From positions 21,813-85,812 of the forward strand of contig CAMGGA010000001.1 of NCBI GenBank assembly GCA_946055515.1: DNA of 64,000 nucleotides, in the 5' to 3' direction. Source of the DNA: an uncultured Bacteroidales bacterium. Lineage in GTDB: Bacteria > Bacteroidota > Bacteroidia > Bacteroidales > Bacteroidaceae. A program made the position numbers and the translations under genes. The notes beneath the pieces are model-generated. The model worked only from the letters and a program-made list of their open reading frames with translations, did not search any database and was not told the DNA's origin. The first letter of the stretch is position 1, and every line of letters begins with the position of its first letter. Of this stretch, positions 38,071-46,864 are shown one piece after another.

Positions 38071-38664
38071 ATGGAAGCATTGAACTTGCGCACCGACGAT
38101 GAGTTGGTCGCACTCTTTATGGGTGGTCGCAACGAGGCGTTTGACGAACTTCTGTTCCGCTACCAAGATAGGCTCTATTCCTACATTTCATATATAGTCC
38201 GCAACGACGACATGGCCGACGATTTGTTTCAGGAAACTTTCGTCAAAGCCATCGTCACCCTGCGTCAAGGACGTTACAGGCAACACGGAAAATTTTTTGC
38301 CTGGCTCACGCGCATTGCCCACAACCTACTCATCGACCAGTTTCGCACGGAGCAGAACGAAGGCATGCTCTACGACGAAGAAGCAGAAGCGGCTTGGCAC
38401 AGCTCGGCCTTGCTCGAGGACAACTACCGCGAAAGCGAAATGGTGACCGAACAGGTGCTGAAAGACGTGCGCCGCCTGATGGACCACCTGCCCGACTTGC
38501 AGCGGGAGGTAGTCTATATGCGCTTTTACCAGGACTTGAGTTTCAAGGAAATATCCGACATCACAGGCGTGAGCATCAACACCGCACTGGGCCGCATGCG
38601 CTATGCCATCCTCAACATGCGCCGCATGGCAGAGCAAAACCACATCTCCTTGGCGGTGGGATAG
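38071..38664 (+). CDS. ECF-type sigma-70 RNA polymerase sigma factor
   Basis: Region 2 DLFQETFVK...WLTRIAHN; region 4 LPDLQREV...LSFKEISDITGVSINTALGRMRYA. Confidence 0.95.
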   Translation: MEALNLRTDDELVALFMGGRNEAFDELLFRYQDRLYSYISYIVRNDDMADDLFQETFVKAIVTLRQGRYRQHGKFFAWLTRIAHNLLIDQFRTEQNEGMLYDEEAEAAWHSSALLEDNYRESEMVTEQVLKDVRRLMDHLPDLQREVVYMRFYQDLSFKEISDITGVSINTALGRMRYAILNMRRMAEQNHISLAVG

Positions 38665-38748
38665 CACGCACAAATCCGCCGATTGGAATTTCAAAGGGCG
38701 GCTTAGGATTTTCAATCCCAGGCTTTGAAAAGCCGAAAGGCAGCTTAT
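38665..38748 (+). repeat. Degenerate 21-bp tandem array (3-4 units)
   Basis: cacgcacaaatccgccgattg / gaatttcaaagggcggcttag / gattttcaatcccaggctttg, similar to the units at 10886-10969 and 53488-53571. Confidence 0.55.
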
Positions 38749-38810
38749 ACATTAAGAGTTGAAGTTTTAGAATTTCATGGGCCGAGCAGAAAAAGATTTC
38801 TACCCGCCAG

Positions 38811-38841
38811 AAAAGTCCAGGATTTATTCCTGGACTTTTTC
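38811..38841 (+). terminator. Intrinsic terminator after the ECF sigma gene
   Basis: aaaagtccagga-tttat-tcctggacttttt hairpin with T tail. Confidence 0.65.
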
Positions 38842-39050
38842 TGTTTGCCGAGTTCAAAGAGAACCGGGAGCCGACTCCGATGGAAGAAAGACGGGCGCAA
38901 CGACCCACTCAACGAAGGCTTATAGCGAATAATTATCCGCTCGATGGAGCATCGGGGTGAAAACTTATACATCTTAATTTGTGTAAAAACCGCAATAAAA
39001 TTTTCGGCAAAAACAGCACCGGAACCGACCGTTCAAACCTCCTCATTTCC

Positions 39051-39421
39051 CTATACGCAATTTAAAGGGTGCATTCACGCTTCACAGCTTCACAAAACAG
39101 GCGTTTTTCTATGTATTTCAGCAGAAAACAGTGTGAAGGGTCGAATCACCGAGCCTTCACATTTGAGGGCAAAATGTACAAATTCAGTAGACAGCATAAC
39201 GTGAAACATTTTACTAATATACCTTAAAATTCAAGCACTAATACCCACAAAAATCCTTTCTAAAGCATTTATATTGGTGTCGCCAAATCAATATCACAAA
39301 GATCGGAAACGGGTGAAGGTTATAAAGTTTACCCTTCACACTGTTTTGCGCTGGGCTTCAGCGGGTTAAGCACCATTTGTGAAGCTGTGAAGCAAATTTT
39401 CAACCTTAAAAATACGTATAG
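39051..39421. mobile_element. MITE/REPIN-like element copy 2: same inverted arms, AT-rich unrelated core
   Basis: Left arm ctatacg...gcttcacagcttcacaaaac...cagaaaacagtgtgaagggt...gagccttcac and right arm gtgaaggttataaagtttacccttcacactgtt...tgtgaagctgtgaag...aaaatacgtatag match the arms at 10724-11178. Confidence 0.65.
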
Positions 39422-39735
39422 AAACGTACGTTTCTGCCCCTCTTCCATTTTCTAATCCATTTATATTTTCGGCCCAACGGGCCGCTTGCGCAAATTCACT
39501 TTCGTTTACACTTGAAAAACCTACAAATTTATTCAAGAACGGCATCGTGCGAGGCTCGGGGAATACACCACTGAGCGGCGTGCATCCCCGCGGGGCCGCC
39601 CTTGGAGAGAGGGGAAAGACGGAAATGGCAGCATGGTCCTGCAACAGCCTTCGCCATCTCACCCTGCCACACTGCGCAAAACGGGACATCTCAAAAACTT
39701 AATGGGCTGGTTGGTATGTAAGCAAAAATAATTCG

Positions 39736-39743
39736 TACTTTTG
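39736..39743 (+). promoter_or_regulatory. Bacteroidetes -7 promoter element for the acyltransferase operon
   Basis: TACTTTTG, about 80 nt upstream of ATG 39820. Confidence 0.55.
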
Positions 39744-39819
39744 CAGTACAAACTCACAACCATCTGCAACAGCTTACTCGGCTGATGCTTATTCTGCCTC
39801 ACCAATCAAGTAGCACTGC

Positions 39820-40650
39820 ATGAGTGACGAAGCAATTTTTAAAATCGACATCGACGGCATTCTCGACAGCAAGGCAGGAAGCAAGGCACGCCTCGTGCCT
39901 GGTTTCGTGCGCAATTGGCTGAAAAGAATTGCCCATCAGGACGAAGTAAACGAGTTTTTGGAAATCGCGGGCACCAAGCAGGGCGTGCCCTGGCTCGACG
40001 CGGTCATGGAATATCTCGACGTCTCGCTCGACATCCATGGAGCAGAGAACCTGCCCGACGACAGCGATGGCCGCCGCTTCACCTTCGTCAGCAACCACCC
40101 GCTGGGCGGGCCGGACGGCATCGCCATCGGCCAAATCCTGGGCCACCGCTACGACGGCCGCATCCGCTACTTGGTGAACGACCTCTTGATGAACCTCCAC
40201 GGCCTCGCACCGCTCTGCGTGCCTATCAACAAGACGGGCAAACAAAGCCGCGACTTCCCCCGACTGGTCGAAGCGGCCTTCGGGAGCGACAACCATATCA
40301 TCATGTTTCCCGCGGGCCTCTGCTCGCGCCGCGAGAAGGGGGTGATCCACGACCTGCCCTGGAACAAGACTTTCATCACAAAGAGCATCGAAACGCAACG
40401 CGACGTGGTACCCATCCACTTCGGCGGCTGCAACTCCGACCGCTTCTACCGCATTGCCAACATCGGCAAACGCCTCGGTCTGAAGTTCAACATCGCCATG
40501 CTCTTCCTGGCCGACGAAACTTTCCGCAACCGCCACAAAACCTTCAGCGTTCACATTGGTCGCCCCATCCCCTACCAGACTTTCCTGGACGGAAAGAAAC
40601 CGGCCGAATGGGCGCGCTGGGTGGAAGACCAAGTGTATCAACTCGTGTAA
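39820..40650 (+). CDS. PlsC-superfamily O-acyltransferase (GlsA/OlsA-like)
   Basis: NHPLGGPDG (HxxxxD) and MFPAGLCSR, WNKTF, VVPIHFGG motifs; paired with a downstream N-acyltransferase. Confidence 0.85.
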   Translation: MSDEAIFKIDIDGILDSKAGSKARLVPGFVRNWLKRIAHQDEVNEFLEIAGTKQGVPWLDAVMEYLDVSLDIHGAENLPDDSDGRRFTFVSNHPLGGPDGIAIGQILGHRYDGRIRYLVNDLLMNLHGLAPLCVPINKTGKQSRDFPRLVEAAFGSDNHIIMFPAGLCSRREKGVIHDLPWNKTFITKSIETQRDVVPIHFGGCNSDRFYRIANIGKRLGLKFNIAMLFLADETFRNRHKTFSVHIGRPIPYQTFLDGKKPAEWARWVEDQVYQLV

Positions 40651-40686
40651 ATCGCATTTTGCAAACTCCATAGCCCTTTCTATTCG

Positions 40687-41661
40687 ATGCAACCGATTAT
40701 ACCTCCTGTCGAAAAAGCCCTGCTGCGGGCCGAACTCACGCCCGAAAGACGACTGAGAATGACCAACAAAGCGGGCAACGAGATTTACATCGTCACCTAC
40801 CAGCAAGCACCCCACGTGATGCGCGAAATCGGACGACTCCGGGAGATTGCCTTCCGCGCGGCGGGGGGCGGCACGGGCATGGAACTGGACTGGGACGAGT
40901 TCGACACTTGCGAACACCCCTACTACCAGCTCATCGTCTGGGACCCCGAAGAAGAGCAAATCCTCGGCGGCTACCGCTTCCTGCCCGGCAACGAAATCCA
41001 CTTCGACGCCCAAGGGCAGCCGCTGCTCGCCACGAGCCACATGTTCCACTTCTCGGAGGAGTTCAAGCAGACTTTCCTCCAGGACACGGTGGAACTCGGC
41101 CGCTCGTTCGTGACGCTCGAATACCAAAGCACACGCGCGCTCTCGAAGGGCATCTTTGCCCTGGACAACCTCTGGGACGGACTCGGCGCACTGACGGTGG
41201 TCATTCCGGGACTGAAGTATTTCTTCGGGAAAATGACCATGTACCCTTCGTTCAACCGACAGGCGCGGGACATGATCCTCTACTTCCTCCACAAGCACTT
41301 CGGCGATCCCGACCGCCTCGTGACACCCATGACGCCCATCGAAATCGAAACGCCCGAGGAGACGCTGCGCGAACTCTTCGTGTGCGACGACTTCAAGTCG
41401 GACTACCGTATACTCAACACGGAGGTGCGCAAGCGGGGCTTCAACATTCCGCCCCTCGTGAACGCCTACATGGGCCTCAGCCCCACCATGCGCGTGTTCG
41501 GCACAGCCGTGAACCACGAGTTTGGCGACGTGGAGGAAACGGGCATCCTCATCGCTGTCGATGAAATCCTCGAACAGAAGCGCATGCGCCACATCGACTC
41601 CTTCGCCTCGGAACACCCCGACAGCCTGAACCTCTTCACCGAACTCTTCCGGAAGAAATAG
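40687..41661 (+). CDS. GNAT/Acetyltransf_5 N-acyltransferase (GlsB/OlsB-like amino-lipid synthase)
   Basis: Motifs EIGRLREIAFR, DEFD, ILGGYR, ELGRSFV, LWDGL, IPPLVNAYM and FG...NHEFG. Confidence 0.85.
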   Translation: MQPIIPPVEKALLRAELTPERRLRMTNKAGNEIYIVTYQQAPHVMREIGRLREIAFRAAGGGTGMELDWDEFDTCEHPYYQLIVWDPEEEQILGGYRFLPGNEIHFDAQGQPLLATSHMFHFSEEFKQTFLQDTVELGRSFVTLEYQSTRALSKGIFALDNLWDGLGALTVVIPGLKYFFGKMTMYPSFNRQARDMILYFLHKHFGDPDRLVTPMTPIEIETPEETLRELFVCDDFKSDYRILNTEVRKRGFNIPPLVNAYMGLSPTMRVFGTAVNHEFGDVEETGILIAVDEILEQKRMRHIDSFASEHPDSLNLFTELFRKK

Positions 41662-41740
41662 CACGCCCTGCGGCCGCCCGCGGCGATAAGGAGAAAGCCG
41701 TGCTTCCCTGCTCTGAACTTCTAACCAAATCTTTATACCT

Positions 41741-43264
41741 ATGATTACCGAAAACGACAAAGCGCTCCTGCTCCGCAAAGGAATCAGCGAAGAAAAGCTC
41801 AACGAACAGCTGGCTTGTTTTGCCAAAGGCTTCCCCTTCTTGAAACTCTCCGCGGCTGCGAGTGTGGAAAAGGGCATCCTGAAACCCTCTGAGGCTGAAG
41901 AGAACAACTACCTCAAGGCCTGGAACGACTACACGGCCGACGCTGCCCACCGCGTGGTGAAGTTCGTGCCCGCTTCGGGTGCAGCCAGCCGCATGTTCAA
42001 GGACATGTTTGCCTTCGCCGACGCTGCCTACGACGTGCCGGCCACGGATTTTGAAAAGAAGTATTTCGCCGAACTGCCCCATGCGGCTTTCTACGATGCA
42101 CTCAACGCTGCCTGCGAACGCCTCCACGGCAAGGGCATCGAGGCGCTCGTGGCTGAGGGACAGTACAAGGCCGTTGTGCGCGCCATGCTCCAAGCCGATG
42201 GCCTCAACTACGGCGCACTGCCGAAGGGCCTCCTGCTTTTCCACAGCTACGCCGAGGGCGCTCGCACCCCGCTCGAAGAGCACCTCGTGGAGGGCGCACT
42301 CTATGCCCGCCAGCAGGACGGTAACGTGAACGTTCACTTCACGGTTTCGCCCGAACACCGCCCGCTCTTTGAAGCCTTGGTGGCCAAAGTGGTGCCTGCC
42401 TACGAGGAAAAATTCGGCGTGAAGTACCACGTGAGCTTCTCGGAACAGAAGCCGAGCACCGACACGGTGGCTGCCAATGCCGACAACACGCCCTTCCGCA
42501 ACGCGGACGGTTCGCTGCTCTTCCGCCCCGGTGGCCACGGCGCACTCATCGAGAACCTGAACGACATCGAGGCTGACGTGGTGTTCGTGAAGAACATCGA
42601 CAACGTGGTGCCCGACCGCCTCAAGGACGACACCGTGCGCTACAAGCAGCTCCTCGCGGGTGTGCTCGTAAGCCTTCAGGCCCAGGCATTTGCCTATCTG
42701 GAAAAACTCGACAGCGGCAAGTACACGATGGAGGACCTCCGCGAAATGTTGCAGTTTGTACAGAAGGACCTCTGCACGAAGAACCCCGAAACGAAACTGC
42801 TCGAGGACACGGAACTCGCCATCTACCTGCGCCGCAAGCTGAACCGCCCGATGCGCGTGTGCGGCATGGTGCGCAACGTGGGCGAACCCGGCGGCGGCCC
42901 GTTCCTGGCCTACAACCCCGACGGCACGGTTTCGCTCCAAATCCTCGAAAGTTCGCAGATCGACATGGCTGACCCCGAAAAGAAGGCAATGTTCGAAAAG
43001 GGCACGCACTTCAACCCCGTGGACCTCGTGTGTGCGGTGAAGAACTACAAGGGCGAGGCTTTCAACCTCCCGCAGTTCGTAGACCCGCAGACGGGCTTCA
43101 TCTCGCACAAGAGCAAGGACGGCAAGGAACTGAAGGCGCTCGAACTCCCGGGCCTCTGGAACGGTGCCATGAGCGACTGGTCTACGGTGTTCGTGGAAGT
43201 GCCGCTCTCTACGTTCAACCCCGTGAAGACGGTGAACGACCTCTATCGCGAACAGCACCAATAG
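41741..43264 (+). CDS. DUF4301 family protein
   Basis: Motifs KFVPASGAASRMFK, PKGLLLFH, FRPGGHGALIENL, KNIDNV, RPMRVCGMV, GEPGGGPF, ELPGLWNGAM and FNPVKTVNDL. Confidence 0.9.
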   Translation: MITENDKALLLRKGISEEKLNEQLACFAKGFPFLKLSAAASVEKGILKPSEAEENNYLKAWNDYTADAAHRVVKFVPASGAASRMFKDMFAFADAAYDVPATDFEKKYFAELPHAAFYDALNAACERLHGKGIEALVAEGQYKAVVRAMLQADGLNYGALPKGLLLFHSYAEGARTPLEEHLVEGALYARQQDGNVNVHFTVSPEHRPLFEALVAKVVPAYEEKFGVKYHVSFSEQKPSTDTVAANADNTPFRNADGSLLFRPGGHGALIENLNDIEADVVFVKNIDNVVPDRLKDDTVRYKQLLAGVLVSLQAQAFAYLEKLDSGKYTMEDLREMLQFVQKDLCTKNPETKLLEDTELAIYLRRKLNRPMRVCGMVRNVGEPGGGPFLAYNPDGTVSLQILESSQIDMADPEKKAMFEKGTHFNPVDLVCAVKNYKGEAFNLPQFVDPQTGFISHKSKDGKELKALELPGLWNGAMSDWSTVFVEVPLSTFNPVKTVNDLYREQHQ

Positions 43265-43282
43265 TGCACTAATCCATTCCAC

Positions 43283-43345
43283 GGAGGGGTTTAGAGCCCA
43301 GGCGGAACTCCATCATCGACCCGGCCCAAGGCTCTAAACTCCTCC
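43283..43345. other. Intergenic stem-loop
   Basis: ggaggggtttagagcc / ggctctaaactcctcc, a 16-bp stem with one G-U pair, between DUF4301 and the CHR genes. Confidence 0.5.
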
Positions 43346-43389
43346 TTCATTTTCACTACCAATCCTCTACCCCACTCTACGCTCTGACT

Positions 43390-43935
43390 ATGCCACTCTC
43401 TCTCCTGACTCTCTTCCTCACCTTCCTCAAAGCCGGCGGTCTCGCCATCGGCGACGGCTATGCCACCATCCAGCCCCTGCGGCAAGCCTTGGTGAAAAGC
43501 AACCACTGGATGGACGACGAAGAATTCTCGCGCCAAGTGGCTACGGTACAGGCCATGCCCGGCATTTTCAACATCAACCTGGCCTCCCTGCTGGGCCACC
43601 GGCTGATGGGCTGGAAAGGAAGCGCGGCCTGCCTGCTGGGCATGCTGCTCCCGCCGATGGTCATTCTCGTGGTCTTTGCCACCTTCTTCAACGACTTCCG
43701 CAAGTTTCCCGCCGTGGAGTCGTTCCTGCGCGGTGCCCGCCCCGCCATCGTGGCGCTGATTGCCCTGCCTTGCATCCAGATGTGGCGCAAGTCGGCCATC
43801 ACGCTGAGCACGGTGTGGATTCCCGTAGGGGCTGCCATCGGCATCGGCCTGCTGGGGGTTTCGCCGACTTTCATCATCCTGGGCCTGACGCTGCTGGGCT
43901 TGCTCTACGCCGTGGTGGTGCTGAACAACGATTGA
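43390..43935 (+). CDS. Short-chain chromate ion transporter (CHR) subunit 1
   Basis: FLKAG...GYA, W.DDEEF, QAMPG and GARPAIVALI; five TM segments. Confidence 0.85.
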   Translation: MPLSLLTLFLTFLKAGGLAIGDGYATIQPLRQALVKSNHWMDDEEFSRQVATVQAMPGIFNINLASLLGHRLMGWKGSAACLLGMLLPPMVILVVFATFFNDFRKFPAVESFLRGARPAIVALIALPCIQMWRKSAITLSTVWIPVGAAIGIGLLGVSPTFIILGLTLLGLLYAVVVLNND

Positions 43936-43983
43936 CCCGACGTTTCTCTTTTTCTCCTGATTTTCAAACATAAAGCCTTTTCC

Positions 43984-44556
43984 ATGCTTCCCTTTCTCTT
44001 CCTCTTTCTGAGTTTTCTCCAAGTGGGCTACCTCGGCCTTGGCAGCAACGCCGGGGCACAGGCGCTGCTCGAACACGAACTGCTGACGAACCACCACTGG
44101 CTGACGCCCGAACAGCTGGGCGACCTGATGGTGTTCTGCCGCACGCTGCCCGGCGGCACACCCCTGAATGCGGCGGTGCTGAGCGGTTCGATTGCCACGA
44201 CGGGACTGGTGGGATTCTGGGGAACGGTGGTGGCGAGCCTCGTGGGCGTGCTGGGTCTGGTGGTGCCCGCGCTGACGTGGACGGCCATCGTCACGAAGCT
44301 GGAGGGGAAACAGACTTACCAGAAGCTGGCCGACAGTGTGCTGACACTCCTGCGCCCCCTGGTGCCCGGACTCATCGCGGCGGCAGCCATTCTCATGATG
44401 AAGCCCGACAATTTCAGTTCGCCGAGCCTCAGCCCGTGGGATTTCGGCGTGAGCATCTTCCTGTTCGTGGCCACGCTCCTCGGAGTGACGGTTTTTCGCT
44501 TCCATGCGGCTTTCATGGTACTGCTCTGCGGCATCGCGGGCTGGGTGTTGTTCTGA
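43984..44556 (+). CDS. Short-chain chromate ion transporter (CHR) subunit 2
   Basis: HHWLT...D, TLPG...N and LRPLVPGLIAAA; tandem partner of the preceding gene. Confidence 0.82.
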   Translation: MLPFLFLFLSFLQVGYLGLGSNAGAQALLEHELLTNHHWLTPEQLGDLMVFCRTLPGGTPLNAAVLSGSIATTGLVGFWGTVVASLVGVLGLVVPALTWTAIVTKLEGKQTYQKLADSVLTLLRPLVPGLIAAAAILMMKPDNFSSPSLSPWDFGVSIFLFVATLLGVTVFRFHAAFMVLLCGIAGWVLF

Positions 44557-44849
44557 GGGGAAACGAGGGGGCAAGGCCGCGGACCTTCCCCGCTCTCCAC
44601 GGGGAAGGGGAAAAGAACGGCAAGTGCGGGAAGATTTGCCACATTAGCGTATCATTTCTTTCTCGGCGTAGCTAAAAATCAACAAGGAACGGCATTTTTT
44701 CTCAAAAAATAACACTTCGTAAAAAAGAAAGCGCGAACTTTGTGCGTATCAACTTTGAAACACTAATCTCACGCTGGATTTGAGCCGCCTTGCACCCACC
44801 CGGAAATCAGTGGCGGCGCGTTTCCTCGGTTTAATATGCACACTGCGCT

Positions 44850-46229
44850 ATGAGTTTCAACCTTCCCCAAACAGACAAGAAGAGAGTGGTCATTGTAGGC
44901 GGCGGCTTCGGCGGCCTGAAACTGGCCAACAAGCTCCGCAACTCGGACTTCCAAGTCGTGCTCATCGACCGGAACAACTACCACCAGTTCCCTCCGCTCA
45001 TCTATCAGATTGCATCGGCCGGCATCGAGCCCAGCTCCATTTCCTTCCCCTTCCGCAAGATTTTCCAGAAGCGCAAGAACTTCTTCTACCGCATGGCGGA
45101 AGTGCGCTCTATCTTCCCCGAACACAAGATTATCCAGACGTCCATCGGTAAGGTGAGCTACGACTACCTCGTGCTCGCCGCTGGCGCTACGACCAACTTC
45201 TTCGGCAACAAGAACGTGGAAGCGGAAGCCATGCCTATGAAGAACGTGAGCGAGGCCATGGGTCTGCGCAACGCGCTGCTCGACAACTTCGAACGTGCCC
45301 TGACTTGCGCAACAGACACGGAACGACAGGAACTGCTCAACGTGGTGATCGTGGGCGGTGGTGCGACGGGTGTGGAAATCGCTGGCGCTCTGAGCGAAAT
45401 GAAGAACTTTGTGCTGCCGAAGGACTACCCCGACCTGCCTACGTCGCTCATGCACATCTACCTCATCGAGGCTGGACCGCGCCTGCTCCCGGCTCTGAGC
45501 GAGGAATCGAGCGCGAAGGTGGAACAGTACCTGCGCACGATGGGCGTGAACGTGCTGCTCGGCAAGATGGTGACGGACTACCAGAACCATACGGTGATGC
45601 TGAAGGACGGCAGTTCGATTGCGACGCGCACGTTTATCTGGGTAAGCGGTGTGATGGGACAACCGGTTGGCAATCTCGACGAGAAGTACTTGGGCCGTGG
45701 CCGACGCATCGTGGTGAATGCCTTCAACCAAGTGGAGGGCCTCGACGGGGTGTTCAGCATCGGCGACCAGTGCATCATGCCCGAGGGCGACGACAAATGG
45801 CCCGGCGGTCACCCGCAGCTGGCCCAGGTGGCTATCCAACAGGGCAACCTGCTGGCCAAGAACTTGAAGCGTCTGGCTGAGGGCAAGGAAATGAAGCCGT
45901 TCCACTACCGCAACCTGGGTACGATGGCTACCGTGGGACGCAACCGCGCAGTGGCTGAATTCAGCAAGATGAAGTTCGGCGGTTTCCTGGCTTGGCTGCT
46001 CTGGTTGGTGGTTCACCTGCGCTCCATCCTGGGTGTGCGCAACAAGATGATCGTGCTCTTCAACTGGCTCTGGAACTACATGTCGTATGCGCAGTCGCTC
46101 CGCATGATTATCTATGCGAAGAAGGCGAAGGAGGTGATCGAGCGCGAACAGCGCCTGGCCTCAACGCACTGGGGCACGGACCTGCTGAGCGAGGGCTCGG
46201 AGGACCCTCACGAAGCTGAAAAGAAATAA
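44850..46229 (+). CDS. ndh: Type II NADH:quinone oxidoreductase
   Basis: Motifs VIVGGGFGG, NYHQFPPLIYQ, YDYLVLAAG, IVGGGATGVE, IGD, PQLAQVAIQQG, GTMATVGR and WLVVHL. Confidence 0.92.
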   Translation: MSFNLPQTDKKRVVIVGGGFGGLKLANKLRNSDFQVVLIDRNNYHQFPPLIYQIASAGIEPSSISFPFRKIFQKRKNFFYRMAEVRSIFPEHKIIQTSIGKVSYDYLVLAAGATTNFFGNKNVEAEAMPMKNVSEAMGLRNALLDNFERALTCATDTERQELLNVVIVGGGATGVEIAGALSEMKNFVLPKDYPDLPTSLMHIYLIEAGPRLLPALSEESSAKVEQYLRTMGVNVLLGKMVTDYQNHTVMLKDGSSIATRTFIWVSGVMGQPVGNLDEKYLGRGRRIVVNAFNQVEGLDGVFSIGDQCIMPEGDDKWPGGHPQLAQVAIQQGNLLAKNLKRLAEGKEMKPFHYRNLGTMATVGRNRAVAEFSKMKFGGFLAWLLWLVVHLRSILGVRNKMIVLFNWLWNYMSYAQSLRMIIYAKKAKEVIEREQRLASTHWGTDLLSEGSEDPHEAEKK

Positions 46230-46323
46230 CCGCGGCGACGAAGCGCCCAAACGCTGCTCCACACGGCGCCCCCGGTCCTATTCTGCCGGCCCCGTCCGCC
46301 GCTGGACTACAGATATACCTATT

Positions 46324-46358
46324 ACAAAAGGAGATTTCTTCGCGAAACCTCCTTTTGT
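46324..46358. terminator. Intrinsic terminator (possibly bidirectional) after ndh
   Basis: acaaaaggag...ctccttttgt hairpin between the convergent ndh and aspC genes. Confidence 0.65.
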
Positions 46359-46477
46359 CGTTTTGTACGCTTTGGGGAAAATCTCATTCGTCCTTTTGTC
46401 CGAAAACGAGACTGCAAGGGGATAATGAGCCCGCAGGCTTTCGCCCTACTGCACCTTGCTTCATGCGCACCAAGAGG

Positions 46478-46766
46478 GGGCTAAAAGCCCGAGATTCGGC
46501 ACATAGCCCAAGGTGAAGCCTTGGGTTAGTCCGGCACCACGCGATGAGCCCTGCAAGGACGGCAGCTTTATACAATAAACGCTTGTATAGAGATGTCGCC
46601 CTTTCAGGGCTCATTTTATGTGCTTCGGGCCATCCCAGGGCTTCACCCTGGGCTATGCGCTAAAGGGCGGGCTTTCAGCCCTTGCGTTGAACGCCTGCTT
46701 GGCGTACGTACAACTATAATGGGGGAGCAACGCGGGCTATGGGCCAAAGGGCGGGCTTTCAGCCCT
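46478..46766. repeat. REP-like nested palindromic element
   Basis: Three hairpins (gggctaaaagccc, cccaaggtgaagccttggg, gccctgcaaggac) are mirrored by gccctttcagggc, cccagggcttcaccctggg and gggctttcagccc. A partial extra copy lies at 46734-46766. Confidence 0.8.
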
Positions 46767-46864
46767 CCTGCTTTGAACGTTGCGTACCTTAAGCAGCATG
46801 TGCCCTACATACAGCAAGTTGCAAGCAGATTGGGGCCACGCCTCCAGCCCATCGCGGGCATGCC

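Noticed and set aside
38944-39689. Short ORFs 38944-39204 and 39366-39689
   Set aside because: They overlap the repeat arms, have atypical composition and show no protein motifs.
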